Assembly: GCA_000320545.1 (NCBI GenBank)
Contig: ADNK01001929.1
Location: 1-41,886 of the forward strand
Reading direction: 5' to 3'
From: Bigelowiella natans CCMP2755
Lineage: Eukaryota; Protista; Cercozoa
DNA length: 41,886 nt
Below are positions 23,606-36,885 of this stretch, piece by piece. A program made the translations under genes and the position numbers. A model generated the notes under the pieces. The model had not been told where the DNA came from. It saw only the letters and a program-made list of their open reading frames with translations, and did not search any database. Within the stretch, counting starts at the first letter, position 1; every line of letters starts with the position of its first letter.

Positions 23606-24411
23606 CACATACTATAGGTATTCATGGTCTTATTATCAATCTTCAAGTTCTTCTTCTATATCCATGCAAAACAGCAGCAGCAGCAGCAGTAGTAGGAGCT
23701 CAATCACAACAATCCCAACCGAAACTAGGGAATCTCTAATATTCAGCCCTTTGCAACTTGGTCCTTTGAATTCTGGCTACTATGTAATCAAAGTAGATGT
23801 GATCGATGATCAAACGTTTGCCGTCTCTTCTGCGAGCGTATTAGTTTTAGTTACTTCCCCTCCTCTTATCACGACATTCTCCATGCTATCAACAACTGGA
23901 GATCCATCATCTTCCAGCGAAGGAATAGCCTTTTCTGAGATTTTCACATCTTCTATCGTAGCACAAAGCAGCTTCCTACCTCTCCAATATCGATTTGGAT
24001 ACAACACCACAGCTGCTGCAATAACTTTCTTGAATAGTTTCTCTCCTTCTTCGAGTTTGTCATTCACTCTCCCAGAGGCTCTGCAATTGAACGTTTATGC
24101 TGCGGTGATGGATTCTGTTGGAGGCGTATCTGAAGCTTTCTCAAATAATCAACTTCACATCTCTGTAGGACTTATGTAACTTCGCTTACTAATCGATTTA
24201 TGGTGTACCATGTTCTTCCACCACCTGCACGATGTACTTAAAACATGTTGTACAAACACGCACTCCTAATTATATACAAAATGGTAACAATTGGTATGAT
24301 AATAATAACACTATAAGATACCATGATGATGAGGAGGAGAGGGAGGAGATAGAGGATCATGGTTAATGAATTTGCCCAGTTTATTCATATGAGTTTTTAT
24401 CGAATCTCTGA

Positions 24412-24452
<41 letters not shown>

Positions 24453-24457
24453 TTATC

Positions 24458-24498
<41 letters not shown>

Positions 24499-25113
24499 AA
24501 GTTCTGATATAAACACAGTGGTTGACAATGGTGGAAGCAGCAGCAGCAGCAGCACAAGTGACAACTTTGAACGTGAACAACTTGAGTGCAACCTGACTCG
24601 AAGATCTTTATCATTACTCCGTGAAGTAGCAAAATCAACAAACACTGTTAGTGATGTTCATGACCAGGAAATAACGTTGGTGCTCAATAGTATGCTGACA
24701 ATTCTCAGAACAGAGGGAAGAATAGCAGAAAGTTTACGCATCATTAATTACTGTTTGATCATATCAGAATCTCTTCCTCCTGGATCTTCCGTAATTTATG
24801 ACTCAGCATGTCAATCGTTATCAACAACATCATTGAGAGTAGTTTATGCCTCCTCCTCCTCTTCATCCTCCTCCACCTCTTCCTCCCCCTCCAACAACAA
24901 TAAACAAAGGAGCAGCAGCAGTTTAAGACTTCAACAACATTCTACATCATCGTCATCATCATCATCAGCATCATCATTGACTATAGGGGAATTGTTGTCA
25001 TCATCATCATCATCAGCATCATCACCATCATCATTGACTATAGGGGAATTGGCAAGTAACATATGGAAGATACTCGACGAAAACATGAGAATCTTACTAG
25101 ATTCTGAGTCTGG

Positions 25114-25144
<31 letters not shown>

Positions 25145-25332
25145 TCTTCTTCTTCTTCTTCGCTCATGGTTACAGGAGATCAAAGCTCACAAGCATTAGC
25201 ACTACTTACGTCGTCACCGTCTATCGATTCATCTGATGCAAGTAAGTATTCGTTATCATATCCAACAATACAAGAATTGAGCAAACCATATTCAGCTTTC
25301 AGGAACAGTTCTACTAGAATGTATCTGATTCT

Positions 25333-25408
<76 letters not shown>

Positions 25409-25633
25409 CCCCTCCCCCCTCTCCACAAACACACACAAGCATAAAACAATACAAACACAAACACACCATAGGTTTGAACCGCTTGTCAAATGTAACTCAA
25501 AAGTTGATTGAGAGCTCAAGTCCAGCAGATTTAACCAAATCCAAACGAAGAAGAGACGAGACAGCGCAAATACTGGGAAATCTTTTCAGTCTATCACAGG
25601 AGAATAATGATAATATCTCTTCAACCTCTTCCA

Positions 25634-25664
<31 letters not shown>

Positions 25665-26289
25665 GTTATCACCAGCAGCATCTGGGGTTCCCAATGGCAC
25701 GGTGTCGTGTCATACGACAGACAATATTATCGTTCTCATCGATAAGTTTTTATCACATTTAGGAAGAGCTTTAGCGCCTTCAGTGCCTCCCATCCAACTC
25801 GCAACGAGCTCCTTCATTGCAGATTCCAGAGTCGTATTTTCTGATACTGAAAATACTGCTGATTCTATTGCTGGCATAGTTGTAGTAACACCAAAGAGTA
25901 ACAGTACCAGCAACGACGCAACTTCTTCTTCTTCTTCTTCTATTACTACTACTTCTGGTGCTTCTTATACCGGGATAAGGCCAAGAAATATCCTTACTGT
26001 TAGTACCTTCCAAATAGGTAATTCTGATGGTGATGATGGTGGTGATGATGGTGGTGGTGATGATGATGATGATGGTGATGATGATGGTATCGAAGTGTTA
26101 GAGACGGATGGCGGGGAACTGATGAAACTTGCGAAAACAATCTGCTCAAAATAATATAAATATGAATATATATATATATATATATAATATGCATATGTAT
26201 ATTTACTATATTCCAACGGGCAAAATAGGGTGAAAATTTGGAAACAATAACATTTGGAATAATCATTGATAGAATTATAAATCAACAAT

Positions 26290-26321
<32 letters not shown>

Positions 26322-28674
26322 CGACAACGACGGTTAGGTTCGGCTTGTAGGCCAGCTGCTGGGAATATCAAATCGTACAATGATGATGGTACTACTACTA
26401 CCACTACTACTGCTGCTACAAGGGATGGTGATGATGGCAACTCTAACCCTATCTCTCCACAAGGAAGTTCGGGTCGTTTATTGTCCAATATATCTAGTGT
26501 GAATCTTGTACAGGAGCAGGGGGGACAGCCAACGTCCATATCTCTATCTTCAGGCATAACTCTACGAATACCTTTTGCAATGTCAAGCTCATCGTCATCG
26601 TCAATTCTCAATGGAGGCAATATTAGGCGTGTAAGGGAGATTAATGGATACGATAAAACGACGTATGGGAAAAGAATGTGCTCATCATCCACATCAACAT
26701 CTTCACCCACCACGGTCCTTGTTTGTGAGTTTTGGAATACGTCAATTTCTGCCTGGGATTCAAGCGGCTGTTTCCTGAATACGACGACTAGCAATACTTC
26801 TATTGGAAGTGACACAAGCAGTAGCTCATCGATTTCAGTTGCATCATGTGTTTGCAATCATCTAACAGAATTTGCTGTGGTAGAACGTCAGAGGGAATCT
26901 TGCCCAAGCATAGGTTGTGAGAGCTGCTTTACTTACTAACACATCATGTGTGTTTTCCATTTGTATAGTGTGCATTTCAGATTATCAAATAATGAGTCTT
27001 ATTATTGTTGTTCAAAACCACATTTAGAGAAGTCAATCAGACGATAAGATGTTGCCTTTATTTGAACGGACAGCCTAATAACGGTGCCGGTTTTTCTTCT
27101 TTCTTTGATTTCTTGCTGCTGCTGTTATTTTTTGTAGGTTCTCAGGAGCAAAAATGGTTATTTCTTGCATTTGGGGTTGTGTATGGCATCATCTTACTGC
27201 CGCTCATAGTTCAGATTGGGCGTTTATTAGCAGCACAACAACTTCAAATTCATTCATCAGGGCCCTCCTTTCCAATGGTGATGTTGGCTGCTTTATGTAT
27301 AGCTAGGTTGTTATCTTGTTTGTTCCTTTCCCAGTCATTTGAGACTTTTATGTCCTCTACATCTCACGGCGTTGTAGTTTTGATAATAGTCGCTATGCCC
27401 TACACTTTACTATACTGGATATTTTTATTTATTGCCTTTCAATGGATAGCAATAGTACACAATAGGAGATTATCTAGAACTCCATTTCAGACCGTAAAAT
27501 GGTATTATCAAGTGGTTAATGTTGCCATCGTAGTGTTGGTTTGGGTATTATTTTCAGTATTATTATTTGCTGGAGGTGGCCATGCATCTGTGATGGCAGC
27601 TTCTATAATCATGGGATTTGTTTATCTAATTTTGGTTGGATTAATCGTTCTCTACGGGATTTTATTGGCAAGAATGTTACAATATCGTGGCAAGGAGAAG
27701 TCATCTTCCACCTATCCAACGTCCTCATCAAAAGCTGCTGAGGGAAACAAAAATACGAGACAAAGAAGACAAGTTATCAAACTAGGTAGATCTTCCACTC
27801 TGAGTAATCGTGTTTATCATCATCATCATGATCATCATCATCATCATCATAATCTATTTTCTCAGGAGTGCATGTTGCATGGTATGCTACACTATTTACC
27901 TTGGAAAGTCTCACGTTAATCCTCTCGGCTTTTGTTGGTCTCATTAATGATAACTCGTCAGCAAGGCTACTTTTGATTCTAAGTGGCATATACTTAAGTG
28001 GTGAAGCACTAAATATTTGTGGTGTTATCTACTTATACAAGGGGGGTGTCAACAAAGCAGTTGGATATTCTTCGGGAGGAGGAGGGGGGGGGGGAGGACA
28101 TCGTCACTCATCAATAAATTCATCACACGGAACAAGAGCCAGCACTGGTGGTACACATGGACGAATTTCGAGGTTTCACAGAGGGAGAAGATCAGGAGCT
28201 GGCATGAGAGGAGGAGGGGGAGGAGGAGTAGGAAATAACTCTCAAAATACTCGTCCTTCTACAAAAACGATGATTCATCACACAAGAAACCCTACTTCTG
28301 GAACAACAGCAACAACTAGAATATCTGGGGTAGTTGATCACAACACGAGAATAACCTCGAGCAATAAAAAAACGGCAAATGATATGAAAGAATTGGGGGT
28401 TGGAGGGGGGGGCCATGATGATTCCAGTTATCATGATGATGGTGATGATGATGATGACAAAATGGGAGAGGGGGATGGATACTACACCCCAAGGTCGCGA
28501 TCTCCCAGTCACAACAATGAAGAACACCAAGAACAAGAAGAAGAAGAATGGCGTAGCTCTAGATCTCCTCTAAGAGGCAGCACGTCGTCTTCTTCCACCA
28601 CCACCACCACCAAATATATTCGTAGTAGAGCAAGAACCGGTGTTAGGACAAGGAAGTCATCTCGTAGTGGGGGC

Positions 28675-28708
<34 letters not shown>

Positions 28709-29499
28709 TTCATAATAATCATAATCGATATCAAAGTAGTAGTAGCACGGCGACAGATAAACGCTTCAACAACCTCCACACAGGAGAATTTCTTTCCACA
28801 GCTACTGCTCATACTGCTCACGAGAAGATTGATCACGGCATTCATAGTAGGAACCCCAGCATGCTTTCTGACACCCCAATGCTACTTTCAGTGGGTAATC
28901 AATCACGGGGGGGGGGAGCTGGTGGCCTTGAAAATGCTTCTTTCTTTGGAAATTCCTACCCCCCTCCAGAATCGAAGAAAATCAATATAAAAGGAATCAG
29001 TGGTAGAGCAAAGACAACCAAAAATCCATCAGCTCTTGATGATCATCCTATGAACCACCAACCTAAGGAGAGCCATGTTATAAGAGGATCAGAAGCCACC
29101 AACTTAGCATTGCATCGTATTCTTGGTTATGTCCCTCAAAGAGCAAAACAAGGGGGGGGGGGGCGAGATGATAATTTAGACGGCACATTCGAGCTCAAAA
29201 GTAGATATAATCGTCACAGAAATATCCATGAGAGACACGATAGCAGAGGTAGTAATACCCATTCAGCAGCTAAAACGCCAAAGAGCAAAATCGAGGAAAT
29301 TAACGATGGAACATCGTCATCAAACAATACGAAGAAGGAGAAAAGGCTGCTCAGGGAAAGTGTGACAGCATCAACAAAACATGATGCACTAGAAGCACAA
29401 CCTAGAATGTCAGTTGTTATTAGCGAGGCAGTATCTCACACTACAGCTGCGGCAGTAAAAGCAGCAGCAGCACAAAGTCGAGGTCACAATCTTGCATAA
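19741..29499 (+). CDS. Large adhesion-GPCR/polycystin-like receptor: signal peptide, NHL-type propeller repeats, P/T/S linkers, REJ/PKD-like region, GPS motif, multi-pass (about 7) TM domain, long low-complexity tail
   Basis: Signal peptide MMLFMRVLFLFLLARSA at 19741. NHL-like DGxxxxAKFNAPSDL / LYIADTGNKKIR repeats. REJ-like ILDASDSMD...FSWTC and LPLQYRFGY. GPS CEFWNTSISAWDSSGC...CVCNHLTEFAV at ~26724-26880. Hydrophobic helices at 27150-28030. Exons are linked by GT-AG introns. Confidence 0.82.
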
Positions 29500-29514
29500 T
29501 ATTATGTAACAGTG

Positions 29515-29548
<34 letters not shown>

Positions 29549-30185
29549 CTGTAGTTGCTGTATTATAGACGACAACAGCATTAAAAGAACTTGTAATTTT
29601 TGGTTGTTAACAATTACTCATTTTATCATTTTGGTTAATTAGGGAAAGCAGACAAGAATGTGAGAAATAGTGAGGTGCTCTCACAGCCTAATAGGAGAGG
29701 GATTTCAGACAGATTATCGATGATAAAAGAGATGCAAGAAAATAGCACGAAATATCCCGGTAATGATACGCTCGAAATGTTTGATCGAGGGGAAGGAGGA
29801 AATAAAAATAATGCCCATGATCACAAAATGGCTGACTAGTCTGACGTGCTGTTGGCTGTGGTATGTTTACTTGAGCATGCCATTTGACCTACTGTGTCGT
29901 ACGTGTAGCAAAGGATTTATCGGCAATCTGTTTTTTCCAGGTTGAAAATTTATTGTATCACATGCTTTTACACTATCGTTTCGAATTGTTACTATAGATC
30001 CGATGTTATAAATTCATTGTATCATACAAGAATCACGACTGTATCCTAACATCGTGATATTGTGCAAGTTTTCTTCCTAATATTATTTGGCAACTAGTTG
30101 AAGAAATGGTATACGTACATTCAAACCATTAATTGCACTGCACAGAACTGTGCAATGATAATAGACAACGTAGTATGATATTATA

Positions 30186-30226
<41 letters not shown>

Positions 30227-30599
30227 TATTACGTTGTCTATAATGATGTGCCAGCTGCTGACGCTGAACCATGCTAGCTCATAGCATGCATGGCAGATGT
30301 ACTTCATGCACGCTGGATGGCTGATCAACCAATGAATAGCTCATGCGGTAGTGCTTGTGCACTTGTGCAGCCACGATGCGTTGGGTCTAGGATGCATGAC
30401 TGAACGAGCATCATCGTTTGACTCTACGCATCGCTAGCAGACATGTGCGTGCAAGCAATCTTTTGATCGCATCCACACGTACAATGCTCACTGAGGCGGA
30501 ATTTTAATCGCCTATACATCACTGTGCGTGCATGCTACAAGTTGGCAGCAACTGTTGTGTGCTTGCATTCTCGCAAATGCAGTCCGTCCACAACCCCAA

Positions 30600-30950
30600 T
30601 CTGTGTGCATTGCAATGCAATTCAGACAGTGCATGTGGCGGTGAAACTACGGATGCAATGAATTGAACTAGTGAATTAAACTTGTTCAATGGTCATCCTC
30701 ATATGTAGCTGTACTGTTGTGTGCAATGCAGCGGCTATAGCGCTAGAGCGGCAATGTTGAATCTGTTGGTTTCCGCTATGATGTGTTTCATGCAATCAAA
30801 TGCATGTTGTTTCGGTCTTGAATGTCGCGTGTTTCGCGCGCAGCAGTCGCGTATTTCCCTCTAGCTCATCGCAAGTTGATCTTTTCGTTTCGTCGTCGCG
30901 CATCACCATGGCACTGAGCTGATTCCTCAAGCAATGAGGCGTTGATGTGT
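30600..30950 (-). repeat. Dispersed repeat copy A (inverted relative to 36510-36830)
   Basis: Its reverse complement shares catcaacgcc, aggaatcagctca, cgacgaaacgaa, agatcaacttg, catgcatttgattgcatg, accaacagattcaacat and gaccattgaacaa with 36510-36830. Confidence 0.88.
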
Positions 30951-31123
30951 GTAGTTCTTATTACATCATTGCACATGCGTTTGTTGCGGCCGGTGTGCAT
31001 GTACACATGCTTTGCTCATTATGATGCAGAAATGACACATAGCACTACACACATACATTCATCACTAGCTGGCAGCAGATAGCGGAGTATATAAGTACAT
31101 CTGTTGGAAGTTCAGGCATGCAA

Positions 31124-32752
31124 TCATAAATAATCAGCGAGGTATCCTTCGATTCCGGGATTCTCCACCAATAAGTCACAAATGGACCAAAGGCAAACCT
31201 GCATGTAATTCACCGTAGTCCTAGTAGATTTCATTGTAAGCTCCTCACCAAGAGGGCTGGAGCGAAATAACTTACCACCGGTGCGGGTGAAAGCACTAAC
31301 ACCTGCTTTATCTTTTTCCTTCTTTGTATTGACCGTCGGCGTTGAGACATTTTCGATTGGAACCGTGAGGTTTGAGACTGCTGTTTCTAGGTATGGAATC
31401 GATCAGAGCTCACTGCTACGCTTGAATGGTTGGTTTTTGCCAACTACCTTTCACCCCTCATCACTTCATGGGTCGATGCGGTCTTTTTTCTCTTCCTCCT
31501 TCTCAACCTTTCCCCCTTTGCATACTTCCGTTTTACTACGATCACGCGGTAGTATGTAGCATCATCCTGTGTAGCTTCCTGTTTGGACTTAGTACTCAGA
31601 AAGCTGCAGGGTATCTCAAGAGAAGGATGCGTGGACACTACTTTTTGGGACAATGATGGTGATGATGCCGATTGTTTTTCAAACTTGTTTGCGCTAACTG
31701 TCTTCGAGTCGGAGCCCGAGCTACAATGCGTTGTTCGCTTCAACCTTGAGTCTCTTTTTAGAAAAGAGAATCTGGTATTATCACTGTGTAATGTATCGGC
31801 GTTCGAGTCGGTGGTGTCTCCTTCGTGCTCTAAACACAAGTGCTGCTGCGTAGTTTGGTGATATTGAGGAGATGAGGTGACGGATAATAAGAAGCTATCT
31901 CGATGCCCTTTTGAACTGGACATCTCCATTTCCTTCCGCTCTCCACACCTTTCGACTACTGCCACTTGAATCTTCATGCTTTCATTCATAGGGAAGATTT
32001 TACTAAGACGTCGTTTACGTGAAGGATAGGTTACTGCATGATCAGGAGTAATAACAGCTGCTGATGTGCCACCCTTATGGCTGTGGGACTCTAGCATTTC
32101 TCCAGAGATATTATCCACATCATAGTCTTGGTGAGATGAAGACGCGGGAAGATTAAGGAGAGGGGGGGAAGAGGAGAGTGCTTTAGGTTCTTCTGATAGG
32201 CTGTAATCGAGAATTGCGGAATGAGCGCTATTTGTCCCGGCCCTACATGTTCCGCAGTTTGTTAGTCGGACAACACCGCTCTCTTTGGGAGGACAACAAG
32301 GTTGCCGTTTCGGTATTTTCATTTCAGTTTTATCAAACTGAACGTTTGCAGCGGCGAGAAGTGACTCGAATTTTTTAAGTCCTGACATTAGATCTATGTT
32401 TTGCGTTGTCTGCTTTTTTGTGGGGGGGTCTCCATGATGCTTAAAGGCAGTCAGGAGTGGTATGGAGAATCTGGCACTATTTTAATGAGAAACTTTTTCT
32501 TCGATGGGTGGGAGAATTTGCAGTGTTCCTCTCTCAGTTCTTGTTTTCTTCAAGGACTGTAATAAATTACCCGATTGGTGGTGTGGTGGATGGTGATGAT
32601 GGCTGCTCATGACATTTCACTGCCGAAACGAAGGAAAAACCGAAGAGGAAGTTTCCGAAAGTAGTTGTTTTACACGCTCTTTTCAAGTCGCAGCTTAGAG
32701 ATGCCCTGTGGTGTTCTTCAAACGAGATTTCACTAGTACTCAAATATGTCAA
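31124..32752 (-). CDS. Hypothetical Ser-rich protein, multi-exon; 5' end uncertain
   Basis: 314-aa ORF at 31444-32388, open upstream to ~32440. Downstream GT-AG exons ~31387-31276 and ~31198-31124 end in VCLWSICDLLVENPGIEGYLADYL*. Confidence 0.6.
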
Positions 32753-32860
32753 GGAGCACGATATACTCGTACGTCTTCTGGAACGACACTGGCTACGGAT
32801 GATGATTTGATTGATGACTAGATGCCTGTAGGGTTTTACTTATTAGATCTACCTCACAAT

Positions 32861-32925
32861 CTGGAGAGTCTCCCGAAATAATAATTTTGCTTCCAATTTC
32901 TGGAGAGTCTCCCGAAATAATAATT
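32861..32925. repeat. 26-bp direct repeat pair
   Basis: CTGGAGAGTCTCCCGAAATAATAATT at ~32861 and ~32900. Confidence 0.85.
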
Positions 32926-33588
32926 CTGCTTAAATTACAGGATGTTTAAGTTCAGTTCACAATTAGCCCGTGTATTTTCATCATCAAAATATATCGCAAT
33001 CCATTTTTCTCTTGAATCGTCATCATATGTGTAATTTCCAGATTTTCAAGCATCTGAATGAGTCATTTTATCGGAAAGCACATAGGTTGAGTCTGAACAT
33101 ACGGAGTTTTATGTCGGCGAATTCTTGATTTTGATAAAATCACCGACATTTCTTGTCGTACCGACGTTCTGGAGGAGTAGTCGGAGTTTGGTGAAAACGA
33201 GGTTCCAGTCCTTTGTGTCAAGACGACTTGAGGTATCGTAAGTTTGTGGATCGAATGCTATTTACTAATGGAATGCAAATCTCGGAAGTAGTTTGTGAAA
33301 GTACCGAGTATACCTTAGATAATTCTCAAATGTAGGCGGTTATCGACTTCGATAGGCGGTATCTATCAGACCATTTAGAGTGAAGATGATGTCGAAGAAC
33401 TAAGTATTTGTATCATGTTGCTTCATGACGACATGTAAAATTCTTGTTTTTACACCGTAGATGGGAGGATTATTGTTTATTTTTTTCAAATCTAAGCAAC
33501 CTTTAGGTTCAGGTATACTTCTATCTCCTAGATCTACCACAAGCAACAGAGAATACCCTTCGAGCCCTTCCCAAAATCCAAAGCCACC

Positions 33589-35468
33589 ATGCCTTCGGTC
33601 AGTGCCCTGCTATCTTTCTTTGTGACTCATCGTGTGTTTACGTTGGGGATATTGTCGGTATGAGAAGAGGAAGAGTCTAGATCTTAGAACTCAGAATCCG
33701 GATTTATTTTGCTCTATGTAGTCCGCTGAAGCCAAAACCCAGATCTCCTCCCCAATGCGTGCATCCAAAATCTCTGGTAAGATGCTTAAGCTCACTGCAG
33801 AGCAGCGTAAGCAGATCGAAGAGGATCTGGAAACACTACGTGATGGAATGGATGGAGAAACTATGTTCCTTAAGAGTAACAAGGGATACACTTACGATGA
33901 CGTTATCCTTCTCCCTGGTTCCATAGATTTTGGAGTCGATGAAGTGGACCTAAAGTAATAATACCGAGAATGAAATAAATACATAAGACTATTTAGAAAG
34001 CGAGATGAGGGGAGAATGGCGACGGAGAGAGGGAGAAAGACATCTGTTGAGCTATACCGACTATTTTTGTTATTATTTCAGCACCAATTTAACCCGTAAC
34101 CTCAAGCTCAAGATTCCCCTTGTATCCTCTCCTATGGATACAGTCACGGAACACAGGATGGCCATCGCAATGGCTCTCCAGGGTGGAATTGGTATCATCC
34201 ACTACAACAACAGCATCGAGGAGCAAGCCCGAGAGGTGGAACGTGTTAAGAGATTCAAGAATGGATTCATTATCGATCCTAAATGCCTCGGTCCCAACGA
34301 TAAAATTCATGATGTGGATCTCATCAAAGCCTCATACGGATTTACGGGTGTCCCTATTACTGAAACGGGAAAACTACACTCCAAGCTCCTCGGCATTGTA
34401 TCTGCCAACGACGTTGACTTTGTCGAAGACCGCCAAACCTGCTTAAAGGACGTTATGAACCCTGTTTCTCAGCTGGTTATTGCATATGAGGAGGATAACA
34501 AGTCTCTTGAGGAGTTCAATAAGCTTCTTATTGAGTCTAAGAAGGGCAAATTACACATCTGTAACAAGAAGGGCGAATTGGTAGCTCTGATGTCTCGCAA
34601 GGACCTTCTCAAGCATCGTGACTTCCCTAATGCCTCGAAGGATTCCAACAAGCAGCTCCTTGTTGGCGCTACAATCGGTACTCGGCCTAACGACAAGAAA
34701 CGTGTCGCTGCTCTCGTTCAAGCAGGCGTGGATCTCGTTGTTATCGACTCCTCTCAAGGAGATTCCAAATACCAGATCGATATGATTCACTGGATCAAGG
34801 ATAACTACCCAACCCTCGATGTTGTGGGGGGCAACATCGTTACTCGCCGACAGGCAGCACACCTCATCCAAGCAGGTGTGGATGGTCTCCGCGTAGGCAT
34901 GGGAGTTGGATCTATCTGTACCACTCAGGAAGTCTGCGCTGTTGGACGCCCTCAAGCTACTGCGGTCTACAACGTCTCGCAATATGCATCTAAGTTCGGT
35001 GTTCCCGTGTGGGCAGATGGGGGGGTTGCAAATACTGGACACATCACTAAGGCACTTGCTGTAGGTGCTTCAATGGTTATGATGGGCTCGATGCTTGCCG
35101 GGACCGAAGAGGCTCCTGGATCCTACGAATTTATCGATGGAGTTCGTGTGAAGAAGTATAGAGGAATGGGCTCTATCGAGGCCATGACGAAGGGTTCATC
35201 TATTCGGTACTTCGCAGGTAAGAAGAAGATCCGCGTGGCTCAGGGTGTCGCCGGTACAGTGATGGATAAGGGGTCCATCCAGCACTATCTACCCTACTTA
35301 GTTCTCGGTGTGCGACATGGTCTTCAAGATCTTGGCCAACAGTCACTCCCAAAGCTTGCTTTCTCTCGTAAAACCGGTGCCCTCCGCTTCGAGGAGCGTA
35401 CACATGCAGCACAGAAGGAAGGGGGTGTCCATGATCTCCACTCATACAAGAAACAGCTCTTTGGTTAA
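33589..35468 (+). CDS. IMPDH: Inosine-5'-monophosphate dehydrogenase with CBS pair; 3 exons (33589-33597, 33722-33954, 34082-35468)
   Basis: [12 protein letters not shown]; [12 protein letters not shown]; IDSSQG; catalytic [13 protein letters not shown]; KKYRGMGS; VAQGV; DKGS. The start has a strong gccaccATG context, and the micro-exon splices in frame. Confidence 0.97.
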
Positions 35469-36509
35469 AACTTATAATGAAGAGGGTTTGAAAGCGTCTT
35501 AATTGCTCATTCCACAGAGAGAGATTATCCACAGATTTTTCTGTGTTTGGCTTACAGTGGAGATGAGTATTATGGTCAACAATTTGACTCGCTAGCTCGC
35601 CTCATTCCACTTATTTAATGTCTGTACATGCAAAGAAAACTGCAGCGTATCACCTTCCTAACTCCCCGAAAACATCTTGTCCCCTGCCCAGCTCACCATT
35701 TATTACCCCTTCTTTATTGTGTGTAAATTATTCCTAGTGCTCTCGTAGAAAGGAAATTTAATTTTGATGCACCAGCATTACAGCGGTTGTGACGTAATTT
35801 TCAAGTGTTGATCATCATGGCTTATGTTCAACTGCGCAATACCGCCTCCATTGTCGCGTTCCACCGATCTGCATCGCAACGTACTGCGCACGGATGTCGA
35901 TGACACACCTCTCGACCAGTCATTACGATATTCCCTGCTCTAGTGCTATCTAGCTATGGGAGTTGTTGTTTGCCATCATCCATAGTAATTAATGAACGTT
36001 TTTGTCATTCCACAATCGTCATTTTCGCATGGATCCTGCGTGCAGGCACGCTAGCACGCACAGCCCAGAGTCAACAACTACGCGCCACTGCAAGATGTAG
36101 TTGACGCCGGCCTGCTATGCTAGCTCTAGCTAGAGCTACGAGCGCACACACACAGCAGCTAGCTAGCTAGCGTGCACTAGTGCATGCGATGCTGCATCGC
36201 TCATCGCTGCATGTGCTCAACGCATTGCTAGATTAAGAGATCATGCTACATAGCTAGCTAGCTAACATGCTAGCATGCCAGAATTGACATGGCTGTGCTT
36301 GAGCACTGTTGTGAACCTCGCGCTGTAGCCTCGCAAATCATGCAGAAATCTAGGGATTGAGCCGAGCAGACAATGTTCAAGATTGCACATTGCTGACGCG
36401 ATTGTGATTGCGAGCGCGACACCCATGTTTCCATGCATGACTGAGTTCATGCACGTGCGCTAAAGCAACCAGGCATTGCTTTCCAGCTTTGTTTTGCACG
36501 CAAGCTGCG

Positions 36510-36830
36510 GCTTCACCCATCAACGCCGCTTGCTTGCACAAGGAATCAGCTCACTGCCACAGTGACATGCGCGCCGACGAAACGAAGTCAGATCAACTTG
36601 TGATGAGAACTAGAGAAGGAAACACGCTCTGCTGTGCGCAAATTGGAAAAATGCGCAACATGCAAGACCCAAACAATGTGCATGCATTTGATTGCATGCG
36701 AAACACATCATGTAGCGGAGACCAACAGATTCAACATCAGCGCTGTGATGCTGATGGCCACTTGCATTGCACAGCTACATGGGGATGTGACCATTGAACA
36801 AATTCAATTCAATTGATTGCATCTGTCTCA
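36510..36830 (+). repeat. Dispersed repeat copy B (a short third match lies at ~37413-37455)
   Basis: Homologous to the reverse complement of 30600-30950. Confidence 0.88.
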
Positions 36831-36885
36831 TTGGTAGCGCCTGATGTTAGCCACTACCACCTAGCTCTAAAGCTGGTACTACCAC

